DNA of 64,000 nt, taken from the human T2T-CHM13v2.0 reference genome, Homo sapiens. The stretch is taken from assembly GCF_009914755.1 (NCBI RefSeq), contig NC_060942.1. The stretch is one strand, 5' to 3'. A model generated the notes under the pieces. The model was not told the DNA's origin and did no database searches. It saw only the letters and a list, made by a program, of their open reading frames with translations. The position numbers and the translations under genes were made by a program. Positions 14,471 through 27,516 of the stretch are shown one piece after another. Position 1 is the first letter of the stretch, and every line of letters starts with the position of its first letter.

Positions 14471-14774
14471 TTTTTTTTTTTTTTTTTTTGAGATGGAGTC
14501 TTACTCTGTAGCTCAGGCTGAAGTGCAAGTGGCACACGATCTCAGTTCACAGCAACCTCCGCCTCCCGGGTTCAAGCGATGCTCCTGCTTCAGCCTCCCA
14601 ATTATCTAGGATTACCGGCATGCACCACCCTGCCCAGCTAATTTTTGTATTTTTAGCAGAGACAGGGTTTTGCCCTGTTGGTCAGGCTGGTCTCAAACTC
14701 CTGACCTTAGGTGATCCACCTGCCTCGGCTTCCCAAAGTGCTAGGATTACAGGCATGAGTCACCATGCCCAGGC
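14471..14774 (-). mobile_element. AluS
   Basis: PolyT followed by a full reverse-complement Alu. Confidence 0.96.
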
Positions 14775-14834
14775 ACAAAAGTTATCTTGAAGTAGAGAAA
14801 AGTTGTTTGTTTTTAGAGAGATTTGGACATGATT

Positions 14835-15260
14835 AAGTTTTTTTGTTGAATATATCCCAAATAAAAAGGCATAATACATACGCATGCTGTTTATAACATA
14901 ATTATAAAGCAAATACCTGTGTAGCCAGCATCATGGTCAAGAAACTAAATACTTCCAGCCTTACAAAAGCCCCATGTGCCTTCCAAACCCTGTGTTGACC
15001 TTTGCTCGGTCACTTCTTTGCTTTCATTCGTACTGTTACCATCTATGCATGTATCCCTATGCAACACTGCTTAGTTTTGTGGGTTCCAGAACTTCCTATC
15101 CTTTGCATTACACCATATGCATTGCTTTGGTGTTGCAGTAGTTTTCACACAACGTGATGTTTGTGAGATCCACGCATATTGTTGTGTCTGGCTGCAGCTT
15201 ATTCCTTTGCATGGCTGCATAGTTTTCCTTTGTACAAATATAGTCAGAGATCTTGTGGAA
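14835..15260 (-). mobile_element. Ancient L1 (L1ME-like) fragment
   Basis: gtttgtgagatccacgcatattgttgtgtctggctgcagcttattcctttgcatggctgcatagttttcc. Confidence 0.55.
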
Positions 15261-15674
15261 AAATCCCTTAGAATGGAAGAGACTGAGGGTCAATAAGCGG
15301 GACTAATTTATAGACAGGTGACTGACAAAGGTGGGGTGAGGTCAGAGACTGGCATGAAACAGAAGGAAGGACTTGGTTTTGTCCTGCCAGGATGAGGGAG
15401 TCATGATTGGGTGGCAATTATTTTTTCAGCAAAGTAGGAGCTGAGGTCTGTCTCATGAAGTGGGAAAGGGAAATAACCCAGAAATTCTACAAAATAGCTA
15501 CTGTAAGGGAAGTTAAGAGACCTCCCAGAGAGAGCTGAGGTCTGAGCAGAGCCACAGAACACGGCTCTAAGCTGCCAACAGCAACTGATTTGAGTGGATA
15601 ATTCCCTCAGGCTGCCATCAGCATCCCATCTTTGGTAGGAGGGCAGGAGGATGGGAAAAGCTGTGAAACTGGTG

Positions 15675-15858
15675 GAGTTAAAGGATGTAAGTTCAAATGC
15701 TGAATCTGCTACTTACTAGGAATCAGCAAGATAGCTGATCCTTCTGAACCTGTTTCCTCATCTAAAAAATTGGAGATAAGATTTGTCGTAAAACATTTGT
15801 GTGATAAGTACAGCGTCCTATGTTAAAATCTTGGCACACAACAGAAACCCAATATTTG
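15675..15858 (+). mobile_element. MIR SINE
   Basis: tctgctacttactagg...ctgtttcctcatctaaaaaattggagataa...tggcacaca. Confidence 0.75.
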
Positions 15859-16280
15859 AAGTATCAAAAAAAGACATTCTTAATAGATTATTAACAATAA
15901 AACTGCAATGTCATTGTTAGTAATGACATATTCTTAATATTCACATATTGGACTAATGCTGAATAAACTCACAGAAAGAATTTCCAATTCTCTGTATTAA
16001 TAACACAAGACAGAAATGCCAGCCCTTATGTTTACTGCATCAAATGTGCCATGAAGGCCACCTGTCAACCACAGGCTCAGGTGCCTGAGAACACAGCCAG
16101 GCTGAACACACTCAGGCCACACTCCCAACCTCTGATCTCTGAGGGTAAAAGCTTACAAAGTCTCAGAACCAAGTTGTAGAGGCTCCTGTCACCTCCTCTG
16201 CCCCATCTGTGGCCTCTTCCCCATGCCCCACTATCACCACCTAACCCCAAGCTTCAGGTATTTGAAACTGCATGCAAACT

Positions 16281-16339
16281 CACTCTCTCTCTCTCTCTCT
16301 GTCTCTTAAACACACACAAACACACACACACACACACAC
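16281..16339. repeat. Compound (CT)n/(CA)n microsatellite, followed by an L2 3' fragment to about 16665
   Basis: Seen directly. The L2 tail reads cctagcacagtgctggatgc...cattcaatacatgcttgtt. Confidence 0.85.
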
Positions 16340-18191
16340 GAGCACTTGCTCTGTGTCAGCTACTCCCTCTTGCTGGAATATCCCTCCTATCCCCCTTTGT
16401 TTGGTTAACTCTTACTCATCCTTCAGGACTCATCAAAGATACCACCTTTCCCCGGAAACTTTTCTGGAAATTCCTCAACTGGATCCAGAGATGTTCACAG
16501 GACCACCTATGGCACTCAAAACATACCTTTCTGCACCACTGAATTAACTTTCTAGGTATCATTCATCTCCTTCCCTGACTGAGCTTCTGGAAACAGAGAT
16601 AGATCTTATACCTAGCACAGTGCTGGATGCTTAAGGGCATTCAATACATGCTTGTTCAGTGAAAGAAAAAAAACTCAGAGAAAAGAAAGGAACATAAACC
16701 ATTTCCAGGTGATATAGTTTTGTTGAAGACTTAAGTAATTATTTTTATTGAAGATATTAATGCAAACTCTTTTACTTTTTCACAAATCTTAAGTTTCTAC
16801 AGTGTTTTTCTCTAAAGTACCTAGCTAGCTCTTCTACTCAGAAGAAACCCTTAAAAACATAACATAAAAATTTCATTAACTACTTACATGACCTTGTTTT
16901 AAAATACTGGTAAGTAACACCAAAAGTGGTTAACTAAAGGAACATCAAGTGTTTTATTCTTTTAGGGGTTTGCAATGTGTTTGCATATATTACAGAAGAA
17001 CAGTACTTTGATCATTTGGCCCAAATGTTCACATCAAGGTAAAATTACATATTTCAATTTTACCAGAACTTTCTAATAGATTTGGCACAGTTTTTTTTGG
17101 TTTCTTTTTTTTTTTTTTTTTTTTTTTTTGACTAGAACAGTATCCCTCCCTTCAAAGAGCTTCCTTTGCAAGGCTGAGTCCACCTCTGCTGGGTGGCTCA
17201 CAGCCAGCTTATCCCTGTATTTTCACCAGTTATTAACAATTACAATCATACCAAGTTACAGGTAGTGAAAGAGAGAGCACTGGTTTATTTGCCACCAGCT
17301 GCTGACTTGATTTTTTTAGAAATATGACAGCCAGGAGCACTGTACTAAAATCCTTAGCACTTATCTCTGTGAACAAAAATTAGGAGCTGTTTGGAACTAC
17401 TGTCAAAAGGAACCATGAAAATGCAAACAGCCGAACAATTGCAGATGGCACCTAAATGCTAGGCACAGTCTAACACACAGATTTTCCTCGTGCCCAGGAT
17501 GTAACATCAGTTTGCTGCTTAACACAACATGGTTTTTAATCCTTTTCAAAAAGTCTTTTTTAGTGTTTGTGAATTAGCAGCAAAGAATTCTTAGATAAAC
17601 GTGTGGGTGGTAGGGGTGAGAGAAAGAGGCAGGGTGTTAGGCTTGAATGCGTATGGATCGCTGTTCAGGAAATACTCAAAATAGGGATATCTGCTATTTT
17701 ATTCCTCCTAAGATTTTTATGATCTATTTTGTAATCTAGTTTAAACAGTACAGAAGCCAGGCCTAAGGAATATTATTTGATAGAAGACCATGGCTCTCTC
17801 ATGTATGTGGAGGTGTATGTGTCCCAGGTTTAATTCAAGGTAAAAGACCAGGATTTTTTCTGATATGTCTGATATGTCTCTCTGCAAGACCTGTTGTCTC
17901 ATAGAAAGAAAAAACATTTCTCTACCCTAGTTCTGCATATATGTCTGGGAATAGGAGAAAGAGTATCAGATGAGTAGTTAGAAGACTAAAAGCTAAGCAT
18001 AAAGGAAGCAAAAACAGACCACCAACTGGGTAATTGTCTCCAGAACACAAGGCTGAAAAGCGAGGTCTCCTAATTCCTAATTCAGGGAAATTTAAACATT
18101 TCACTCTGTTCTGTTCACTCATTTTCAATTCATGACAGAGACTTGCAAAGCAGACTAAAGCCCAAGCTGAGTCTTATGGACTGTGAAACAC

Positions 18192-18303
18192 CACTGAGGG
18201 CCTGAAACAGCACAGATGTGTTTTCAACCTCACTAAACTGTGCAACACACTGAGGGCCTGAAACAGTACAGATGTGTTTTTAACCTCACTCAACTGTGCA
18301 ACA
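18192..18303. repeat. 56-bp tandem duplication (2 copies, 3 mismatches)
   Basis: cactgagggcctgaaacag(c/t)acagatgtgtttt(c/t)aacctcact(a/c)aactgtgcaaca at 18192-18247 and 18248-18303. Confidence 0.95.
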
Positions 18304-18589
18304 CTCGGTCCTCCCAGGTCAGTCTCGGAACCGACCACGTGCCTCCTAAGGTGGTCTACAAGCCCAGGGGCCCGGGGCCTGCTTGCTAATGGCCTTTACA
18401 CCAGTCATTACTGTTTCCTCTGGAGTGTCATGAGGTGGCTATGGAGAGGGAAGGAAGACAGGATGCCACCTCCCAGCTTGGCGTTACTAACCTAATATAT
18501 CAGACTGTTGCCTGTGTTGCAAGGGCCAGCTTGTGGAGAAACTTGTGAGTAACGTTAGGAAGGCTACTCTGATTTTCTTGAGGTCATTT

Positions 18590-19110
18590 TTGTTTGAAAA
18601 ACTTTTTAAAATTGAAGTAGAACTTTATATAGAGTGCCCAGATTATAAGTTGTCTTCTTCACAACTGACCATGCTCCTAGAACAACCACTAAGTCAGAAA
18701 ACAGAACATAAACCCAGAGGCCCCTCCATTCCTCCTCTTCCAGTCACTCCCTGTAGGGGTAATTACCAGGCTGAATCTTAATCCTTAAGAGACTCATGTT
18801 TCCTGCTTTTGTACCTTATATGAATGGGGTCATTCAGTAATTACTATTGGTGTTTGGCTTCTTTCAATGAGCTTTACACCTGTGAGCTTCATCCAGGTTA
18901 TGTGTAGTTAGAGCCACTCATTCTCAATGCAGTACAGCATCCCACTGTGTGAACAGGACACAATTTATCTATGCACTGTTGATGGGTGTTTGGGTAGATT
19001 CAAGTAGGAGCTATTATAAATAGCGCTGCTACAAACATTCTGGTGCATGTCTTTTGGTGAGCTGACGCACGTACTTCTTGGACATATGACTAGGAATAGG
19101 ATTGCCATAT
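18590..19110 (-). mobile_element. Old L1 (L1MC/ME-like) 3' region
   Basis: ttgatgggtgtttgggtagattcaag...gctgctacaaacattctggtgcatgtcttttggtga...taggaataggattgc. Confidence 0.7.
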
Positions 19111-19794
19111 TTCTTGAAGTTATTTTTGGCATCTACTAGATAAGTGATGTTTACAACATTCTATAAAAAAGCCCCAAGGTCAAGTCTCCATTAATTACAC
19201 AAAGAATTATCTGTTGTCCATTCATTCTTGAACTTTCTGCAGCATGTACTATTATAACTGAGGTCAATGCCACTGTATCTATTTTAGTAAGCAGCATGTT
19301 CATTTACAGATGCACAGCACCACATTATTTACTTTGGATTATTGCCCTGGCATTTCTAACGCAATCCTAAATCACCCTCCACCTCAGCCACTGCTATCAA
19401 GAAGAAATTAAGAAAATTCAGTAATAACAACTAGTTCTTATAAATAGGCGATGCACCTCTTCCATCTGGCCCCACATAAAGATAGGCAAATGAATATTAA
19501 ATCTGACATATGCAGGCACTGAATTATAACAACAGAAATTGGAATATGATGCTATAATTATCATATCATCAAAATGAGAATGAGATGAAGGGATAATTAA
19601 AATCATCATGCCCAGCTTAATATTTTCATAACTAAAGCTTTTATTCCAGATTGCTGATTTGCAAGTTTCTTATTGATATTTCATGTCTTACAAGGAGCAC
19701 TTTCACAGCCCTACACACCAAAGGGGAAGCAGACATTCAAGTAGATTCTTTTTCTTTATTTTTTAAATAAATCATAACAACTAGCATTGTTTCC

Positions 19795-19796
<2 letters not shown>

Positions 19797-19837
<41 letters not shown>

Positions 19838-19845
19838 TGTGCATG
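19797..19845. repeat. (GT)n microsatellite
   Basis: Seen directly. Confidence 0.95.
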
Positions 19846-20094
19846 TTTGTATTTTGGAGTTGGGAATCAAAAGTTCATGGTTTGAAAAGAATTCTGAGGA
19901 TCATTTCGTCTTGGCCTTGTCTCAAGTGAGAAAACTGTTCTTAACAGTCTCCTTAACAACTGATTATCCAGATGTAGCAGGTTTGTGCGTCATTTAGGAT
20001 CAATTTCCCTTTCTGATCTAAAATCTTCCTAATCTACAAGTGAGAGGCATAATTTCAACTACCACTCCAGTTCTGCATATACATCCGGGAATAG

Positions 20095-20295
20095 GAGAAA
20101 GAGTATCAGATGAGTAGTTAGAAGACATTTAATTTAAAATCAGCTCTACCACTTATGAGTTGTGCAGTGATGGGAAGACACTATCTGTCCAAGGCTCGCT
20201 TTTTTAATTCATAAAATAGAAATAATAAAACTTACATCACAGGGCTGCTCTGTGTATTAAATAATATATGTGAAAACATTCTGTTAGTGGTTAAA
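20095..20295 (+). mobile_element. MIR SINE
   Basis: agttagaagac...cagctctaccactt...aaaatagaaataataaaacttacatcacagggctg...attaaataatatatgtgaaa. Confidence 0.7.
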
Positions 20296-20452
20296 TTATA
20301 CACAAATATAACATATTATTATGATTGTTATTATTAACTTGTACAATAGACACTTTCCAAAGGAAAAAACATCAACATTCAAACTTTGAATCAAATTTTG
20401 CCCAATTGTCTGCACTACAAGTAACTTCCAAAAATAAGTTGTACTATCAACT

Positions 20453-20808
20453 TGATATGATTTGGCTGTGTCCCCACCCAAATCTCATCTTGAATTCCCA
20501 CATGTTGTGGGAGGGACCCAGTTGGAGGTAACTGAATCCTGGGAGCAGGTCTTTGCCATGATGTTCTCATGAGAGTGAATAAGTCTCACAATATCTGATG
20601 GTAATATAAGAGGGAGTTTCTCTGCACAAGCTCTCTTTTTGCCTGCCACCATCCATGTAAGACATGACTTGCTCTTCCTTGCCTTCCACCATGATTGTGA
20701 GGCCTCCCCAGCCATGTGGAACTGTAAGTCAAATTAAACCCTCCTTCTTTTGTAAATTGCGCAGTCTTGGGTATGTCTTTATCAGCAGCATGAAAATGGA
20801 CTAATACA
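20453..20808 (+). mobile_element. THE1-family (MaLR) solo LTR
   Basis: tgatatgatttggctgtgtccccacccaaatctc...ggactaataca, with 5-bp TSD caact/caacc. Confidence 0.93.
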
Positions 20809-21421
20809 CAACCTTACCCTCATTCATAAAAGGAAGATTGGCCAAGGCCGTATTATCTCTTTGAATTATAGCCATTATCTTTAAAGAATGGTGTTTATCC
20901 AAAAATTTAAGAAAACAGAATCTCCATGAGAATTATATATTTAAATCTAACTCATATATAAGGAAGAAACTATAGAAAGTGACAAACTTCCTAAACTTAG
21001 GAATGTTATTTCTTAGAAAAAATAATCCATTTTAATGCACATTACAGAGTTTTCCATGAATTCATTTTAACTAGGATAAATCTTCAACAATTTGAGTAAT
21101 TCCAGGAAATCACAGCATGTTAATTAAAAGATTATATTTTCTTTTTTCCTGTGCCTAGTAGATAATGGAAGGGTCATTAATCTTGATTCTTGAGGCATCT
21201 TTAGGAAAGGGGGTTATTCTAACCCAGTTCTTGCTGCTAGCAATAGTTTTGCAATTATGGGCCTTACATTTGGAATATAGATCCTGGACTCATGATATTT
21301 ACATTTTATTAAACAGTGAAATGCACATAGAATAAGTTTCTTGCAACTGGAAAAAGTCATGTCCAGGCAGTATGCTGTTGATCTTAGAGAATTATGTTGT
21401 GATGTATCTCTTAAACAATAT

Positions 21422-21785
21422 TGAGATGGTTTGGCTGTTTACCCACTCAATCTAATCTTGAATTGTAGCTCCCACAATCCCCACGTATCATGGGAGGGAC
21501 CCAGTGGGAGGTAATTGAATCATGGGGGCAGGTCCTTTCTGTGCTGTTCTCATGATAGTGAATAATTCTCATGAGATCTGATGGTTTTATACAGGGCTGT
21601 TCCCCTGCATAGGCTCTCTTGCCAGCCACCATGTAAGATGTGCCTTTGCTACTCCTTCGCCTTCCACCATGATTGTGAGGCCTCCCCAGCCATGTGAAAC
21701 TGTGAGTCCATTAAACCTCCTTTTCTTTATAAATTATCCAGTCTTTGGTATGTCTTTATTAGCAGCGTGAGAACAGATTAATATG
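21422..21785 (+). mobile_element. THE1-family (MaLR) solo LTR
   Basis: tgagatggtttggctg...gaacagattaatatg, with a perfect TSD aatat (21417-21421, 21786-21790). Confidence 0.93.
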
Positions 21786-23271
21786 AATATCACAGATATT
21801 TTAACTAAAAACGAAGTGAGAAATCACCTAATCCAATCATCTTGTTTTGCAGATAAAGAAACCAAGGCCTAGAGATTATGTGAATTTGTCCTTTGTCCTA
21901 CTACCTGGCATTACAACAGTTATTCTTAAATTACTTTTAGTTAAGGGCTAGGCCCACCTGAAACTGTTTTTACTTTGAAAAAATAAGTGACGAAATGACA
22001 GTTTCCATTCCAGTGATGTTTATGTGTTGGGATCAACGAGTGTGTGAACTCCTTGGGGTAAAGACTTTGTAGCTGCCATGTATTCCATCATACCAGGTGT
22101 AAGGAAGGCCCACATCAGGCTGGTAAATGGTGATGAAGATGGTAAGAACAGAGGCCAGAAAAGCTGCCCAGGAGGCATAAGGCAGTCACCACATGAAAAC
22201 ATCTCAGTGGAGGGATGAGAGATCAAACTAGCAATTTAGAACATTCATTCAAGTGATTTTCCTAGTATTCAGAGGGACAGGACGAAGAATGGAAAATGAT
22301 GAGAGAAAAGATGGAGTCACGAGGGATAGATGTAGAGGTTCCAATGTCATTTAATAGAAATTCTAGAGAGAATATATCTGGAATAGAAATAGAACTTGAA
22401 AAAATACTCAGAGGAAAAAATGGTCTCGTACAAAGGAGGACATTAGTCTCAAACTGAGAAAAGAGTATTAGAGGTAAATTTAATGAAAAAAACTATATAT
22501 AGACATATATAGGGGGATTTTAAATTATATATACAGTTATATTATTATATATATGTATATATAAAAATTATATATACAATTATATATACACACCAATACA
22601 TGCAGTACACTATCAATACATGGTAGCAGGAGACTTTGTTATCATGGTAAAAACTAGAAGATGATAGCAAGCAACAGGACAGAGAGAGCTCTGAAAGAAA
22701 AAGGTCTGGGCTTAAACACCTGTCTCCCATCAAATTGCTTTCAAGGGTGAAATGCATTTTCTAATATGCAAAGATTTTAAATGTAATATGCAGGCACCTA
22801 GACAAATCAAAACAACTCTTGAAGTGTGCTGGAACAAGGAATAAAGGAAATTAAGTAAAGAAATAAGGAGGAAATTGAGGCTGGAAAGGATGAGAGATTA
22901 CCACTGGAATCAGTAAAGGTGCATGGTAGTTTTAAATATGATTGAAAAAATTGTTTGTGTTCCTTTTTTTCTTTCCACGAATTGATCTCTATTGCTTTAA
23001 AAATGGAAGGAAAAAAAGAGTAAGGTATGTATTCTCAAATCTAATTAACACAATAGATATACTGAATTAGGAAAAGATAAATATTTAGCATTGCCTCTTT
23101 CCCAAAAGAAAGCCAAAGATTAATATTCTCTAATGACTTTGATAAGTAAGTAAATGTAGGTTTAGAAACGCATCTGAAAAAAACATTAGAATAACCAATA
23201 GAATAATAAAAAACATTTGGGTGGATAGATGCTCTTACTCCTAAACTAGAAATTATTAACTAACAAAATGC

Positions 23272-23325
23272 GGAAGGAAGGAGGAAAGGAAGGAAGGAAG
23301 GGAGGGGAGGGAGGGGAAAGGAAGG
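23272..23325. repeat. GA-rich (GGAA/GGGA)n polypurine tract
   Basis: Seen directly. Confidence 0.85.
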
Positions 23326-23528
23326 TCCCCTCCTTTGTCCTACCACTAGTAGCAAGAACACAACAAAAGAAACAAAATATTTAAGGCATAAAGCAAATTG
23401 GCATATGTACAAGTTATGTTATAATTTTAACAATAACTGCAAATAGGTTAAACTCTCTTATCAACAGGAAAAGGCTCTTGGATGGGATTTTCTTTCTTTT
23501 TAAAAAAATAGTTTTGTTAATTAAATAA

Positions 23529-23835
<307 letters not shown>

Positions 23836-25295
23836 TTCTTTTTAAGACAGTTATATATGCTTTTCATAAAAAGCATACCTGAATAAAATACCATGAAAAG
23901 CTAAAAATAATAGAACAGACAACTAATTTTTGAACATTCACATGCACACACATGAATTTTGTTTGGCACTATTAATATGAGACAAAGAAGTAGTCAAGGG
24001 AAAACACAGGACTAAGAGTCATTTCTAACTAACATAGAATCCAGACCAAAGACACGAATTTATGGACAAAATAATATGTGGACCAATCATTTATGGACCA
24101 AATATGTGATCAATGTAACTCAGGAATTTTTAACAACATGGGAGACTATTTTATATTTTATTGAAGGACAAATGACAAAAAAAATCTGTATATTCTGTCT
24201 GATTCTACCCATGAAAAACTATATATGTATATATGTGGAAAAAAACAAAAAAGACACAGATTAAAGGCATATAACTTAGTACTTGGATTATGGGACTATA
24301 AGTGGTTTTTATTTATTTTTAAATGCTTCTTTATATTGTCTAAATTTTCGGTATTGACCATAGACTAATCTTGTAATAAAATGGTATCATTTTAAAATAA
24401 TGTATAATTGCAATATTTCTAACTTTTTAAAGAGAATGAATTTTCTTTGTTTATATTTACTCTGATTTTGGTTCTCAAGGTGACTTAAAATTACCAGATT
24501 TCATCATTTCAGCTTCTCCTTAATCAATGTACTGCTCTTTCTCACACAGAAATAAACCAAAGCCATATCTGCTTTCCTCATAAGGATACAGTTCCTACAA
24601 CCTTGGCAATTTATGTAATTTAGAATGTTGCACTTAATAAAATCCTTAGAATGTATCAAATAATATAGTACCTTTGGAAATCAGTGCCATAGTTGCTACA
24701 AAATTAAGCATTTCATGTGCAATTTTTTCTTAAAGAATTTAGAAAAAAAAATCATTGAATTCTCACATAATTATTTCCCAGTTCAGTAAAATCAGACCTA
24801 TACATTAACCTTGAAGAATTTTATAGTAATGGGTAGAACTGATTTAAAGATCCATGACTGATCTTTTGTTACATTATCAATGCTTTTACTAAATTGGGTA
24901 ATTAATCATGTCACTTTGAGAATTAAAAGGTTCTTTAAAATCAGATACTCTTTTTCCTTTTGCTTATTAAAGTAAAAATACATCTGCAAGTTTATTTTTA
25001 AATTTCCACCCAGTTCAATTTCACTGTGTGGTAACAGGATGTCAAGGAAAATGACAGACCAAGTGACAAAGGAATCAGATAAATGTAAGCACGTGTCACT
25101 GAGGTGCTTTCCTGGCATGATAAAAGTTTTAACTGAAGGTGACACCAAATTAAGAAGTACTGTGCATAAAAATTAAAGCCGTGCCTTTGGGAACCCTTTT
25201 GAACACAGTGTTTCAATCAGCCACTGTAAATTCACAAAATTTACGGAGCCAAACTAAACACAAAGTAAATTTATGAGAGCTTTTACTTTCTATAT

Positions 25296-25511
25296 CAAGC
25301 TTGTCCAACTTGCGGCCCATGGGCTGCATGTGGCCTAGGATGGCTCTGAATGCAGCCCTAGACAAATCTGTAAGCTTTCTTAAAACATTATAAATTATGA
25401 ATTTTTTTAGCTCGTCAGCTGTCGTTAGTGGTAGTATATTTTGTGTGTGGCCCAAGACGATGCTTCTTCTTCCAGAGTGGCCCAGGGAAGCCAAAAAATT
25501 GGACACCCCAG
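25296..25511 (-). mobile_element. MER30 hAT-Charlie MITE with 8-bp TSD
   Basis: Termini caagcttgtccaa...ttggacaccccag. TSD ttctatat (25288-25295) and ttctacat (25512-25519). Confidence 0.9.
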
Positions 25512-26029
25512 TTCTACATGATGAACATGTTATTGTGATGACTTAGAACAACTAGAGAGAATACGAAATAAAACCATAAACTATTAGGTGAATTATTATT
25601 TGGTAGGTAAATGAAGTTTTAAGAATAAGTTAGAGAATACATAGCAGATTGGAAAATTGAATTCATCCTTTGTCCTTGCGAATAAATCCTTTCTCTCTCT
25701 ACTAAAATAGCAATAAATGAATAAAAGACAAAGCACGATGCTGGCAGATGAGAGAAGTGAACACATTTTTGAAGATAGAAAACAGATAAGCTGAGAGCCA
25801 AGAGTCTGCAGATAGAGGATGCTATAAAAACACACCAGGAAAAGTTTGGAACCGTCTTCTTTTTTGGAAGTAACTTTCTTACTCAAAGGACAAGATCTCC
25901 TGATGGTGGTGGAGGGGAGGCTCCTCTGCAGTGTGCCTGGGCCCTGCCAGCCACCCTCCCAGAAGTTCACCATTGATGGGCTCCAGCAGTGCACACAAAG
26001 CCTCACGCCAGCTTTTTTTGGTGCCTCAC

Positions 26030-26900
26030 TCTAAAAAGTGAACAAAACAAAGACTACCAGAATTTGAGAAATGCCTTTAGTATAATGGGAAGAAGCCAAC
26101 CAACCTAACCAAAAACGAATCAAAACAAAAATATTGGGTGGGGGGGGGGAAGAGTCAATGCAGGGAGCAGAAAAAACAACTCCAAACATTATCAGAGAGG
26201 TAAGAAAAGCTACACAATCTATCCAGCAAGAACAGGATACAATAAAAACAAATCAGAGAATAAGAATGTGTTCTCAGAAACTGAAAAAAAAAAACACAGT
26301 ATAATCAAAAACTTCAACTGAAGGATTAGAAGACAAACTTGAGGAGATATTTCATAAAAGAGAATAAAAGACAAGGAGTGAAAAAGTTCTGAGCATCAGT
26401 TGAGGAAAGCAAACAGAGCAAATAGAAAAGAGAGTATTATTGACAAATAAAATGAGAACACCTCCCATAAATAAAAGAGGTGAGTCTCCAGATTGAAACA
26501 ATGAATGGACAAAAGGCCAATTTCAAGTCACCAGGGATAAATTAAAAAAAGCCCTAAAAATGCCCAGGGAGGTGCAGTTCTTGCAGAGGGGAGGGGAGTG
26601 ACATGATGGAGCGTGGGAAGAGGAACAGTCCCATGGGTGGATTTAAATTTGAACGAAAGCAGACTCCTCAACAACAAAACGGTAAACATAACATGGAATG
26701 ATGCCTTCAATATTCTGAAGGAAAAGGACTTCCAACTGGAATTGTACCCATGGCTGAGGAGACACACAAGCTATTTTAGTTAGAAAAGTAACTCCCTCGC
26801 ACAAACTCTGTCCCAAAAAGTCAGGAAATGAAGAACATAAATTGGTGAAAAGAGCTCTCCAAGCCAGGAATAGAAGCTCCAAGGAAAGGGAGATAAAGGG
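26030..26900 (+). mobile_element. Ancient L1 ORF1/HAL1-like relic
   Basis: A-rich coiled-coil-like stretch and atggaatgatgccttcaatattctgaaggaaaaggacttccaactggaattgta (ORF1 C-terminal-like). Confidence 0.5.
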
Positions 26901-27471
26901 AATTCCAAGATGGAGGAAAGACCTGGAAGGCAGCTGTGCAGCAGGTCTGGAGAGAAAGCAGTTCAGACGGAGGAAGGGCAGAGGGCTATCTTTGAGGTGA
27001 GAGGCGGATTAATGGACCCCCTGATGTGTCTGGCTGTAGCTGAGTCAAAAGCCAAATGGAGAAGTTTGTATTTTTAGGTCACATTGTGATACAACCAGAG
27101 GGTGTTCAGTCAAAGCCAACCCAACAAGCAGGAGGATGGCTGAGGAAATGGGAAAGGCTACTTCCAAGGATAACAAGAGATACATGCCTAAGAGATCAGG
27201 GGCCCAAAGTGTTCCCACAGGCCTCAATTAAAAGGAAGGTCAATGATGCAAAACAAACGATTACATGTAAAGTCAGACCAACCGAACAAGAATTCCAAGA
27301 GCTGCACCTCTAGTTCCTTCCAGAAGGGGTGTCTTAAGTCTCAGAATAATGCATGGACCATCCAAAACAGTTTATCAGCTATACGTGTACCTATTGCTTT
27401 ATTGTTGTAGTATTATTATTTTGCTTCAAAATATCAATGCATGGATACTCTTAACAATTTACTGGAATTCT

Positions 27472-27474
<3 letters not shown>

Positions 27475-27515
<41 letters not shown>
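27475..27515. repeat. (GT)n microsatellite
   Basis: Seen directly. Confidence 0.95.

Positions 27516-27516
<1 letters not shown>

Noticed and set aside
20453-21785. Two same-orientation THE1 LTRs 613 bp apart read as one deleted provirus
   Set aside because: Each LTR has its own 5-bp TSD and the spacer is not THE1 internal sequence, so they are independent solo LTRs.
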